Under the pieces are notes generated by a model. The model was not told the origin of the DNA. It was given only the letters and a program-made list of their open reading frames with translations, and made no database searches. Below, piece by piece: positions 1 through 11,830 of a stretch of 64,000 bases of DNA. How positions within the stretch are numbered: position 1 is the stretch's first letter; each line of letters opens with the position of its first letter. This DNA is from Chiloscyllium plagiosum. Lineage: Eukaryota. The stretch lies in contig NC_057718.1 in NCBI RefSeq assembly GCF_004010195.1, forward strand, positions 62,542,311 to 62,606,310, given 5' to 3'. The translations under genes and the position numbers were made by a program.

Positions 1-180
1 GCTGAAAATGTGTTGCTGGAAAAGCGCAGCAGGTCAGGCAGCATCCAGGGAACAGGAGAATCGACGTTTCGGGCATAAGCCCGAAGAATTCCTGAAGAAG
101 GGCTTATGCCCGAAACATCGATTCTCCTGTTCCCTGGATGCTGCCTGACCTGCTGCACTTTTGCAGCAACACATTTTCAG
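1..180. mobile_element. Palindromic PLE-derived short element (left end may lie outside the window)
   Basis: Arms 2-82 and 100-180 are near-perfect reverse complements. Sequence matches the 3' terminal repeat of the PLE at 55050-55110. Confidence 0.85.
92..119 (+). ncRNA. Minimal hammerhead ribozyme motif (variant GAAACATC)
   Basis: CTGAAGA-A-GGGC-TTAT-GCCC-GAAA-CATC; the helix III palindrome is broken by one G>A change. Confidence 0.65.
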
Positions 181-1858
181 ATCAGTGACGATAGTTCTCT
201 TAATTTTAAATTACTATTGGAGAGGGACAAAACTGGTTCACAGGTTCAAGTTCTAAATTGGGGGAAAGGTGAATTTTGATGGAATTAGACAGGAGCTTGC
301 AGAGATTGATTGGAGTAGTTTGTTTGCAGGCAAAGGGACATTTGACAAGTAGAAGGCCTTTAAAAGCTAGCTAGAATTAACGGTTTTTATGTTCATGAGA
401 GGGTGAAGGACAAAGTTGGCAGGGGGAGGGAACCCTGAATGACAGGAGAAAATGAGGCTTTGACCAGAAAAAAATGGGTCCAGTACAGGCAGTTGGTATT
501 AAGGAAATCCCTGGAGGTATATAGGGGATATAGGAGTTTACTGAAGAAGAAAATCAGGAGGGTAAAAAGGGGACACAAGATAGCTTTGACTGAGAAGATT
601 AGGGGGTGAATCCAATGAGATTCCTTAAATATATTAAAAGGAAAAGAATTAGTAAGAGTGAATAGAATCAAGGACCAAAGTGGGCCTGTATGTATGGAAC
701 CACAGGAGATGGGCGAGGTCTTCAATGAATAGTTCTCCTCTGTGTTTACCATGGAGAAAGACATGAAAACTTGGGAATTTGGGGAAGTTAGTGGTGATAT
801 CTTGGGGAGAGCTCGTATCACTGTAGAGGACGTGTTGTACATATTAGAATGCATGAAGGATCTCTTGGTCCTGACCAGATATATCCAAGAACCTTGCAAG
901 AGGCTAGAGAAGAAATTATGGGGCCCCTGGCTGATATAATGATGAGGTCTTGGAAGACTTACGTAGAGGATAGCGAATATTGTGCCGTTATTCAAGAAGG
1001 GCTGCAAAAAATCCCACTATAGACCAGTAAGCCCAACATCTGTGGTCGGTTCGTTATTTGAAAAGATTCTGAGGGATAAGATGTACATGCATTTGTAAAG
1101 ACAGGGTTTGATTAGGAGTAGTCAGCATGGGAGATCATGCCTCACAAATTTGTTAGCTTTTTTTTGATGACGTGACCAGGAAGGTTGACGAGAACAGGGC
1201 AATAGACATAGTCTATATGAATTTGAGTAAGGCCTTTGATAAGTTTTGACATGGTAGGGTGCCCTGTATGGTTAGATCACATGGAATCCAGAGAGAGCTG
1301 GCAAACTGTATACACAGTTGGCTTAATGGTAGGGAGCAGAGGGTTATAGTGAGAGGAAGCTTGTTGGACAGGAGGCCTGTGACTCATGGTATGCCTCGAG
1401 TCAGTGCTGGGCCCCTAGCAATCTATATCAATGACTTGGATGAGAATGTACAAGGCATGATTTAGTAAAGTTGCAGATAACACTAAAATAGGCAGTATCA
1501 TAGTGAGGAAGGTTATCAGAAATTGCAGCAGGATTTTCATCAGCTGGAGAAGTGGACTGAGAAATGGCATATGGAGTTTAATATAGACAAGTGTGAGATC
1601 TTGCATTTTGGAAAGTCAAATCAAGGTAGGAGCTTCATGGTGAATGGTAGGGTTTAAAGGAATGTAGTGGAACAGAGGGACCTAGGAGTTCAGGTTCACA
1701 GTTCTCTAAAAGTGGAGTCATAGGTAGACAAGGCAGTGAAGAAGGCTTTTGGCACAGTGGCCTTCATAGTCAGGGCATGGAATATAGAAGCTGGGGAGTT
1801 ATGTTGCAGTTATACAGGACATTGGTGAGGCCGCATTGTGGAGTATTGTGTTCAGTTT
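181..1858 (+). mobile_element. Decayed CR1-type LINE ORF2 fragment
   Basis: Frameshifted RT motifs: YRPVSPTS, SQHG, KAFDK, VLGP..IYINDLDENV, KVADNTK, EYCVQF. Confidence 0.85.
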
Positions 1859-2090
1859 AAATTCCAGAAAATATAGATATAATTGACTCAGCCTCAACAT
1901 TTGCTTACACTTCCTGATTTATATTTAATTAGTCTTTTACTGAAACAAGTCTGTTTAATATATTAATTAATTCACTGTGGAATTACAATTGAAGTAAATT
2001 AAAATGATGAGCGAATATGTGTGAAACCAAAATAACCAGCCTCCAAAGGTTATTTTTCAAATCAGTGTGATACAAAAAAATTAAAATTGA

Positions 2091-2315
<225 letters not shown>

Positions 2316-2689
2316 TAATGCAATACTAGAAATATATTAAGCCGGAGATGTTCACAACCCAGAAGGAGGTTAGATTGCCTGTGTTGACAGCTGTAGTTCT
2401 AGTCTCCTTGTATTTAAACCTGTTTTCAATTTGTACTCCATTCTGTTTCTGCATGAAATTGGTCTGTGGCAGTTCCATGAGTCACTATCTGCAACCTATT
2501 TGGACCTGTTTCCATGGAGAGAGAGTCTCATTTATTTAATTGTAATGTTGGTCTGAACAGGGCCTGTACTGCTAGCTGTCTGAGCACTCAACAAGGGCCA
2601 AGCAGCATAAGAACGTAGCAATTGCTGCAGCTAGCTTGGCTCATTTTAAGGGTATTCTGTTTCTCTTAAAAGAGAACTGCATTTACTGA

Positions 2690-3410
2690 GCTGGGCTGCT
2701 GCTGGATGCTATTTCTGCAGTTCTGAGAAAGAAAAATGGAACGCTTGGGAAGAGAGAGGGCTTCCAGGTATATGAATGTGTTGCTAAAATCCTTAGACAT
2801 CAAAATGGATTTGAGGAGGACACTATGGTTGTTTCTGCAGGATAAAGAGCTCTCGAGGACCACCCTCTGAAGGGGTTGGAACAGGTGGCCAGCTAGCTCC
2901 ATTCTCAGTCTGGGGCCAAGAGTTTGTCATTCCACAAGATGCCTAACAACATTAATGGTCAAGGTCAGCGTGTACGTCTCCACTTGACATCTCCTCTCAC
3001 CACACCACCAGCATCTAAAGGTGATCAATACCCAACACCTATATCACTCACCCTTTAGCAGTCCTTGACACTCAGAACTCATGTTGAACATCCAGATACT
3101 TCATTTCACCCTTACACATTTCAATAAAGCCAGTATCAAATCAGCTATCACTGCTTCCATCCACCTCCAGCTATTCAATTGTGATAGCCATATCACCTGA
3201 ATACAGTGCATCACAATTATTGACCTTCTGCCCTCTCTTGCAGGTGGCACAAAAAGAAAGAGAGCAAAGCAGAACCAGTGGGAGCCAAGAATGTTTCCAC
3301 CTCCTGAGATCTATGGAGGTAATGGTTTTCTGCATTATTGGTCTGGCTATGACAAACCCCATGGCATCTGATTTTGTTGAGAACATTCAGGATGGCAGTA
3401 CCACTGTTGA
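2690..3410 (+). pseudogene. Possible relic of a PIF/Harbinger Myb/SANT-like gene
   Basis: Fragments WEQVAS (about 2877), FHKMPNN..Q followed by a GT donor (about 2975), then a cag acceptor and VAQKEREQSRTSGSQ..LLRSMEVMVFCIIG. These resemble the W..VA / CRKKFNDL / RERxRTGGG..L.PMEE.VL.IIG pattern of Harbinger Myb-like proteins. Confidence 0.4.
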
Positions 3411-3856
3411 ACTCTCAGCTCACCCTCATCCTACTATCTGGTATGATGAGTAAGCTGCAGGTGGTGTGACCATGGACCTTTGCCTCTCGCCTCACCCAAC
3501 CTTTCTTTTCTGAATTCCTGCTTTCAAGCATTCAGTAGCTGCCACCTTTCAGCCACACCAGCACTCCCTGGAGAAGAGAGAGCAACAGCATGCACAGCAG
3601 TTATGAAGAGGTTTCATCACTTGACCTGACGCAGATAGCGTTACAGTTGACAATGGAGGAATGCATCTTTTCACTAGTCCAACTACATAATGAGTCATAA
3701 TATAAAATAAAAAATCTTTTTCTACTTATCAAGATGAACAATTAAATATTTTATGTAGCATTTTAAACAACAGGATCCATCAACCAGGTTTCTTAAACAC
3801 ACCAAAAGGATTATTATCAAAACCAATTACTACAACATACACAGTGGTCATAAATA

Positions 3857-3857
<1 letters not shown>

Positions 3858-3887
<30 letters not shown>
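3858..3887. repeat. (CA)15 microsatellite
   Basis: Read directly. Confidence 0.97.
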
Positions 3888-3889
<2 letters not shown>

Positions 3890-3997
3890 CTCTCTTCAAG
3901 AAAAGAGAAAATACTGATTTCTCTGAGAGATTTGGCTTTCTGAAAAATATCACTAGCCAGTGGGTTAAGCTTGAAGGATGAAACATAGAATATTGCT

Positions 3998-4131
3998 AGG
4001 CAGATGTGGGTACTGCAGATGCAGGAAATTAGACTCAAGATTAGAGTGGTGCTGGAAAAGCATAGCAGGTCAGGTAGCATCCGAAGAGCAGGAAAATTGA
4101 CGTTTCGGGCAAAAGCCCTTCATTAGGAATG
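3998..4131 (-). mobile_element. PLE terminal-repeat monomer with decayed hammerhead motif
   Basis: Reverse strand reads CTAATGA-A-GGGC-TTTT-GCCC-GAAACGTC; tattgct repeated at 3991 and 4134. Confidence 0.8.
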
Positions 4132-4710
4132 TCTATTGCTCTGACTGGTGTGTTCTAGTCAGTAAATATGGGCAGGAAATGCAAACACATTTCTACAAAC
4201 ATATTTTCAAAAGAATAAATAGGTTTCACTGTGAACTCTGATTTTGTTCTCAGAAATGAGAGATCACCTAGCAAATCATTCTTAATAAGCTCCCCTTCAA
4301 TTCTGCTTTTTCTCAGCAGGCCTCCATCCAGTTTAGCTAGATTAAAGAAAAGCACACCTCCAAGCCTATTATTGTTCCAAATGAACCACAATAGGAGTCT
4401 ACAGTGAAGCATACATTTATCACCAGTTGCATCATTTACGGAAGTCTTGTTTTTAAAAAAAGGTTCCAGTGTTCACAGGGAAATTTCAATGACTTGTTTC
4501 AAAGAAACCACCGCAGGCATTTTCACAAAATCTGAAATAAATCCCTCAAAATTTAATCCTCCAAGAAATATCAAACATGAAATGTCTTCATAATAGTAGC
4601 TACAAGCTCAGACACTGGTAGCACTTAGAGTCAAGCGTAGAATTGGGGTCAGCAGATATTTTCTAGTCAGTAGGCTGTATATCTGGGGGAAAAAACTAGT
4701 ATATGTGGCA

Positions 4711-6829
4711 AAATGTGGCGCCAGAAAAGCACAGCCAGTCAGGCAGTATCTGAGGAGTAGGAGAGTTGACGTTTTGAGTATAAGCTCTTCACCAGAAATG
4801 TGAGGGGGAGCCCATGGGGGCTGAGAGATAAATGGGAGGGGGATGGGACTGAAACTGAGGGCAAGGTAGCTCGGAACACAATAGGTAGATGGAGTGTAGG
4901 GGTGATGGTGATAGGTCAGAGCGGATATGTGGGAAGGAAATGGACAGGTAGGACAGTTCAAGAGGGCAGTGCCCAATTGGAGGGTTGGACCTGGGTTAAG
5001 ATGGGGGGAGGGAAGATGAGCAAACTAGTGAAATCGACATTGATTTATGGTTAGAGGGTCCCAAGGTGAAAGATGAGGCGTTCTTCCTCTTGTTGTCAGG
5101 TGGCTAGGATTTGGCACTGGAGGGCGCCCAGGAATTGCATGTCTTTGGTTGAGTGGGAGGGGGAGTTGAAGTGGTTGGCCACAGGGTGGTGGGGTTGTTC
5201 AGTGCATGCGTACTAGAGATGTTCTCTGAAATGTTCTGTGACTTGGCATCCTGTCTCCCCAATGTAGAGGAGATCACATCAAGTGCAGCAGACACAGTAG
5301 ATGAGGTGTTTGGATGTGCAAGAAAATCTCCGCCAAATGTGGAAGGATCCTTTGGGGCCTTCAATGGAGGTGAAGGGAGAGGTGTGGGCACAGGTTTTAC
5401 ACATCTTGGGGTGGCAAGGGAAGATGCTGGGAGAGGAGGGTGGGTTGGTGGGGAGGCGTGGACCTAACGATGGAGTTGCAGAGGAATGGTCTCTGCCGAA
5501 TGCTGAAAGGCATGGAGAGGCAAACATATCTCTGGTGGTGGGGTCTGACTGTCGGTGGCGGAAATGGCAGAAGATGATGTGTTGTCTCTGGAGTTTGGTG
5601 GGGTGGAAAGTGAGGAGCAGGGGGTTTCTACTCTTGTTGTGGTTGGATCGGTGGGGTTCAAGGGTGGAGGTGCAAGAAGTGGAGGAGATGCACTGAAGAA
5701 CATTGTTGATCATGTGGGAGGGGAAATTGCAGTCCTTGAAGTAGAAGGCCATCTGGGATGTTATGGAGTTGAATTGACCCTCCTGGGAGCAGATGTGGCA
5801 GAGACGGATGAATTGGTAGTAAGGGATGGCATTTTTACAGGAGGTAGGTGGGAGGAGGTGTAGTCCAGGTAGCTGTGGGAGCCGGGTTTGAAGTAGATGT
5901 CCATGTTGAGTCAATCGCAAGAAATGGAGATGGAGAGGTCCAGGAATGGGAGGGAGGTGTCCAAGATGGTCCAGGTGAACTTGAGGTCAGGGTGGAAGAT
6001 GTTTGTGAAGTTGACAAACTGTTCAACCTCCTCGTGGGAGCACAAGGTGGCGTGATTACAGTCATCAATGTGGCGGAGGAAAAGGTGGGGAATGGTGCCA
6101 GCATAACTGCGGAAGATGGACTGTTCCACATACCCAACGAAGAGGCAGGCATAGCTGGGGCCCATGAGGGTGCCCATGGCTACTCCTTTGGTGTGAAGGA
6201 AGTGGGAGGATTCGAAGGAGAAATTGTTGAGGGTGAGGACCACTTCAGGCAATCGGATGAGTGTGTTCGTGGTGGAAGTGTACAGATTGGGTAAGTGGGA
6301 GAGGAAGAAACCAAGTGCTTAGAGGCCTTCGTTATGGCGAATGCCGCGATATTGACTGCCTCAACCTGTCCACTCGTCTCCAATCCCTCTGCTCCAACCT
6401 CAACCTCACCATTAACCAGCTGACAAGGGGGAGCACAGTGGTAGTTTGGCACACTGACCTGTACACTGCTGAAGCTAGGCGCCAACCCATGGACACCTCC
6501 TGCCCCCTCGGCCACAACCTCACTTCCCCTCACTAAGCTATCATCTCCCAGACCATCCACAACACCTTCCACTCCACCCTCCACTCCGAACTGTCACCAT
6601 CAGCCCCCACCTTCATCTATCTACCTATCACATTCTTAACTACCTTTCCCTAGATCTAACCCCATCACATTTATCTCTTAGCCCCCTTGCCCTCTCCCCA
6701 TTTCTGACAGAGAGCTTATGCTTGAAACATGAACTCTCCTGTTCCTCAGATGCTGCTTTACTGTCTGTGCTTTTCCAGCCTCTCAATTTTGACTCTAATC
6801 TCTAGCATCTGCAGTCCTCACTTTCTCCA
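4711..6829 (-). mobile_element. Penelope-like retrotransposon, rearranged, with inverted terminal repeats
   Basis: Minus-strand RT (GVAMGT..GPSYACLFVG, RHIDD, LPFLD) and GIY-YIG (IYCVCC..LYIGET-like) fragments; 13-bp flanking repeat agtatatgtggca at 4698-4710 and 6830-6842. Confidence 0.92.
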
Positions 6830-6845
6830 AGTATATGTGGCAGCT

Positions 6846-7052
6846 TTACATTACTTACAGTGTGGAAACAGGCCCTTCGGCCCAACAAGTCCACACCGAC
6901 CCGCCGAAGCGCAACCCACCCAGACCCATTCCCCTACATTTACCCCTTAACCTAACACTACGGGCAATTTAGCATGGCCAATTCACCTAACCTGTACATT
7001 TTTGGACTGTAGGAGGAAACCGGAGCACCCGGAGGAAACCCACGCAGACAGA
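6846..7052 (-). mobile_element. HE1/V-SINE-type SINE, 5'-truncated
   Basis: V-domain-like ggaggaaaccggagcacccggaggaaacccacgcagac plus a CR1-like tail. Confidence 0.85.
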
Positions 7053-8343
7053 GGTGCAGAAAAGTTCTGCTGCAGGAAACTCCAAAATGTACTAGGACTG
7101 GTTGAGGGACAGTGCTGATAAGGGTATATCCCAAGAAACTGCAAGGATTAGTTAGGCTACCAGTCAGCCCCCAGACCAGGCTGCAAAAGTCCTCTGCCCT
7201 TCCTGTATTTGGATGATGGGATGGTAAGTAGCAAGTGAAATTCACACCAAATAGGATCAAAGTAATGATCTGCAACAAAACAATCTCACTACCCCCCCCT
7301 AACATACAATGGCAGTAGCATTGCGGATTTCCTCCAGGACCGGCATCCTATGGCTCACCATTGACCAGCTACGTCAATAGTGTGAAAAGAGTCAAAGGCT
7401 GGAAATTCTATGGTAAGTAACTCAATTCCCAAGTTCCCAAACTCTGTCCTCTGGCTGAGTACAATATTTTCAATAGAAATATGGGAAGAGCAACAAACAA
7501 TGACCTTGCCAGTAATACTCCTGATCAAAAACAAAACTAATGGAAAAGACATCTGCAGTACTTGAGTTTACAATGGCAGAAATTATTCTACATTGTCTTA
7601 CCTGCATTCTTGGTGCTTGGATCTTTATTAAGGTTAGTGCTGAGTATCTTGCAGTTGTATTTCAGTAAGTGATGAGTGAATATATTGAATGGACCCACAG
7701 AATCTAAGTTTGCAAATAAAGTCTCTAGTCTACTAAGAGAGCTGAGTGATATCAAGCCAGAGTCAATTTTGATTCTTCAAATGCAATCAGAATGCCCACA
7801 CTAATGCTTTTTCCAGTATGGAAAGCTGTATTCAGATTATGTTGCTGATCTCTTTACATGATTTTTATTTGTCCGAAGTCAATCAGAACTGTTGGTAATT
7901 TTAAGGTGCTGTTGATTAAATCTTCCCTTATACCTGCCAACTATATCTGCAAAGTGGCTGGAAGTGTAAATGATAATGGTGCAGGGAAACTAGGCACCAC
8001 GGTTCTTAGTGAACAATAAACGTGTATATCCTTAACCAATCAGAGTTTAGGGTTATGAAATAAGCAGTGGAAAAACTAAAAGGAAAGTAAAAGGTCAAGC
8101 TGTTGAATTCAGGGGCAAATCAGACACCAAAAGAGGGGAGAAAAGATTGAATGAGAGAAAGATTGAATGAATAAGGAACAGCAAAATAAAATTAAATACA
8201 CAAGTTATTTTTAAAGCCTGTTTAAATACCTGGAAGCTGAAACTTCAGACTAATCATCAAATCATGGAATAGTTACAGGACGGAATGAGGCCTTTCAACC
8301 CATCGTGTCTTTTCTGGCCCTTTGCAGGAACAAGTGTGTAATA

Positions 8344-8564
8344 CAGTCGGTTCTGTTATATGTAACGTGGTAGTTCCGTTCTCATGCAATTCCATGTATA
8401 CGAAAATCGCGTAGTAGCAGCACCATTTAAACTAATGGTGCCAGACTCGCATTATAAGCAGTACCCATTTTAAAAGTTGGTGGTTTAGAAACTGTATCCC
8501 AATTCGTCAATCGCACTATAGCGAATTTGCATTAACGAAACAAGCGTTACAGCAGAACGACCAG
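8344..8564. mobile_element. TcMar/Tigger-type MITE (family A)
   Basis: Starts TA-cagtcggttctgttata and ends tacagcagaacgaccag (imperfect TIR); a homologous copy lies at 34616-34918. Confidence 0.7.
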
Positions 8565-8725
8565 TGTTTAAAATGTGTGATTCTCTGGCATCACACCAAG
8601 CCCAAGGTTGGAAAATTATGTCATATGCTTCTGCAATATCTAGGTCCAGTACTTGATGAGTTGTTGGAGAATGCATTGATGCTGATATTGGCTGCTCTGC
8701 AACACTTTGAAGTTTGCATCACATA

Positions 8726-9518
8726 TGAACAGGATAGTTAAAAAGATGTTTGGCAAGCTTGCCTTCATTGCTTAGTCCTTTGAGTACAGGTATAGGGAAT
8801 TGGGAAGTCATGTTGAGGTTGTACAGGTCGTTGGTGAGGCATCTAAGCTGGAGAAGGTTCAGAAGAGATTTACCAGGATGTTGTGAGGTATGGAAGGTTT
8901 CAGTTATAAAGAAAGACTGGATATGTTGGGACTTTATTCACTGGAGCATAGGAGGTTGAAAGGCAATCTTGTAGAGGTTTATAAAATAATGAGAAGTATA
9001 GACAGAGTTAATGATCGTTGCCTTTACCCTAAGATGAGGATTTCAAGACTAGCAGGCATGTTTTCAAGGTGAAAGGAGAAAGATTTAAAAAAAAAAGATA
9101 TGTGGGGCAAATTTTTTTAGAGGGTGGTTCGCATGTGGAATGAACTTCCTGAGCAAGTGGTGGATGTGGGTACAATTACAACATTTAAAAGACATTTGGA
9201 TAAGTACATGAATAAGACAGGTTTGGAGCAAAGCAACTCGTTTCACAAGACACAAAAATATACATTCAAGAGCAAAAATCCAATGAATAATTTATACCAA
9301 ATGCTATTATAGAAATATTGGGCCATATTTTGTTAAAATAATTGAAAAGTTAGTGGCTACACTGTTATTAACACATAAATTGTGTAAGATCTCAGGTGAG
9401 AAACAGATACACCATGGAAAACCAAGATTGAAAAATTGTAGGCAGGTGTGACTAGTTTAGTTTGGGATTATGTTCGGCATGGACTCATTGAACCTGGTCT
9501 GTTTCCGTGCTCTATGAC
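8726..9518 (+). mobile_element. CR1-type LINE 3' fragment, interrupted at 9230-9437
   Basis: SYKERLDMLGLYSLEHRRLKG and WNELP motifs; the 3' UTR resumes at 9438. Confidence 0.85.
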
Positions 9519-10367
9519 ATTATAATTTAATTTTCCACATGACCTCAGTTGTTGAAGATGGGAATTCTGAGAACTGCCAGTCAATCTGATTGGATAGCAG
9601 TTCTGTAGTCCCAGCAGCACCAGAAATTGTGGTCAACAGGAATGGGACAGCAAGCCGTTTCCGAAGACTGATTTCCAGCGTCAAGGAACAAGTAACTATG
9701 GGGATCTCTGGGACCTGAGGCCTGTGTGTGGACAAAAATAGGGATGTTATTAAAAAGGCCAAGAAGCAGGGAGCACCCATGAGAACAAACCAAATAAAGT
9801 AGCACCATATGCTAAAAGGAGGCCATTGATAGAGGTACTGTTCCCCCTTTTCTGCCTGAAGCCTGAGAAAGGTCACTGTCTGGTCCTTTGAGTAATGTAC
9901 CTTGAATAAGTCATCCATGTCACTAAATAAAATGCCAATTATCAAGCACAACCTACCAAGAACAGTGCAGCAATAACAGAAGGGATGGCGAATGAAAGTG
10001 GGAGGGAATTAAATAAAAATGGGCTTCTGAGGAGGGAGTCACTTTTTATATCCAGAAGTGCTATGACACATAACTGTTTTATTGTTCCCTATCATCGAAT
10101 CACCCACACTTCCTGGTCAAAGATATTTTCCAAATCAACCTGTTCAGAGACGTTATTATAAACTACTGGAGCAGGTGAGATTTGAGCCTGGTCTGTCTGA
10201 CTCACAGATAGGGGTACTACTGTTGCAACACTTTCTGGCCTTTTTCCCTGCTGCTAGATCCTGCCATCTTTTTGTGGGAAAGATTAAGGTTGTGTGTGAA
10301 ACAGATTTTAAGTGGTCATTAACTGACCAATTAGAGCAAGGAAAGGTGAGTTGGTCTAGGCTTTCCC

Positions 10368-10604
10368 TTGATTAGATTAGATTAGATTATTTTACAGTGT
10401 GGAAACAGGCCCTTCGGCCCAACAAGTCCACACCGCCCCGCCGAAGCGCAACCCACCCATACCCCTACATTTACCCCTTACCTAACACTACGGGCAATTT
10501 AGCATGGCCAATTCACCTGACCTGCACATCTTTGGACTGTGGGAGGAAACCGGAGCACCCGGAGGAAACCCACGCAGACACGGGGAGAATGTGCAAACTC
10601 CATA
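10368..10604 (-). mobile_element. HE1/V-SINE-type SINE
   Basis: Same body as 43894-44197; (gatta)n tail. Confidence 0.88.
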
Positions 10605-10708
10605 CGTCCACATTAAATGGTGAGGAGTTTGGGCGCTGCTGGAAAGACTATTTGAGGAATTTAATGGTCATTGTTTCCCCACCCACCAGCAAGCTTACCA
10701 GTGATCCC

Positions 10709-10924
10709 TTAAGTAACTCCATGAAGGACGATATCCTGTCACTAAGTCACCCTTTATATACAATTCAAGTGTAAATTACACTGACCTAGCTAGATGAGCC
10801 AGTTCCTGGAGTGAACAGAGCCCCAACACTCCTGTGTCAGCTAGGACTCCCTGATTGGGACTATTAACTTGGTCCAATCAAGGGACTGATACTCTACCTA
10901 GCTGACTTTTCTCTAATCACTACA
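10709..10924 (-). mobile_element. Possible small solo LTR
   Basis: Minus strand begins TGTAGTG and contains paired CCAAT/ATTGG boxes and a TATATAAA-like motif; the 3' end is uncertain. Confidence 0.3.
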
Positions 10925-11404
10925 GTCCCTTGTGAAATTGTGCACAAAATCTATCCATTGTCAGCAAAGTAACTTCTCAGTAAGACGACTAGGGCCCATT
11001 TCTGTAGCCTGTAACAACTAAACTGCCCAAGCTTCATGTTGGGCAAAATTCAGAACAGGTCACATGACTGTTACATTCTTCTATTTTACTATTTTAATCC
11101 AAAATTCAATTTGTGAATTTAATTTTTGTGACTGTATCAATGGTGATATTAACAGCAAGATGTCTTGCAATGCTAAAAGGAGATCAATGAAGCTAAAACT
11201 AGTTTTTCAATCTTGGCTTTTAATTGTGTGACTATTTGTTTCTCACCTGAGGTCTTGCACAATTTATGTGCTAATACCAGTGTGGCCACTAACCTTGCAA
11301 TAATTTTAACAAAACATGGCCCAATATTTCTATAATAATATTTTGTATACATTTTTCACTATTTTTGGTGTTGAATGTATATTCTTGTATCTTGTCAAAC
11401 TAAT

Positions 11405-11830
11405 TGGAATATTGTGTGCAATTCTGGTCTCCCTGTTATAGGAAGGATGTTGTCGAACTTGAAAGGGTTCAGAAACGATTGACAAGGATGTTGTCACAGT
11501 TGGAGAGTTTGAGCTATAGGTAGGGGCTGAATTGACTGGGAAAAGGGGCTGTTTTCCCTGGATTGCCAGAGGCTGAGGGGTGACCTTCTAGAGATTTATA
11601 AAATCATGAGGGGCATGGATAGTGTAAATAGACGATGTCTTTTCCCTGGGTCGGGCAAGTCCAAAACTAGAGGGCATAGGTTGAGGGTGAGAGGTGAAAA
11701 ATTTAAAAGGGACATAAGGGGCAACTTTTTCAGCAAAGGGTGGTGCGTGTATGGAGTAAGCTGCTGGAGGAAATGGTGGAGGGTGGTACAATTACAATAT
11801 TTAAAAGACATCTAGATGGGTACATGAATA
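11405..11830 (+). mobile_element. CR1-type LINE 3' fragment
   Basis: EYCVQFWSP, LERVQKR, TRGHRLRVRG. Confidence 0.88.

Noticed and set aside
393..1007. 204-aa minus-strand ORF and the many other 60-170 aa ORFs
   Set aside because: Shadow frames or fragments of decayed CR1/PLE/SINE copies; no splice or homology support as host genes.
9560..9950. 143-aa minus-strand ORF in non-CR1 sequence
   Set aside because: No motif recognised and no splice context.
9235..11406. DNA transposon with 200-bp TIRs
   Set aside because: The CR1 on the left continues inside the putative element, and there is no target duplication or transposase.
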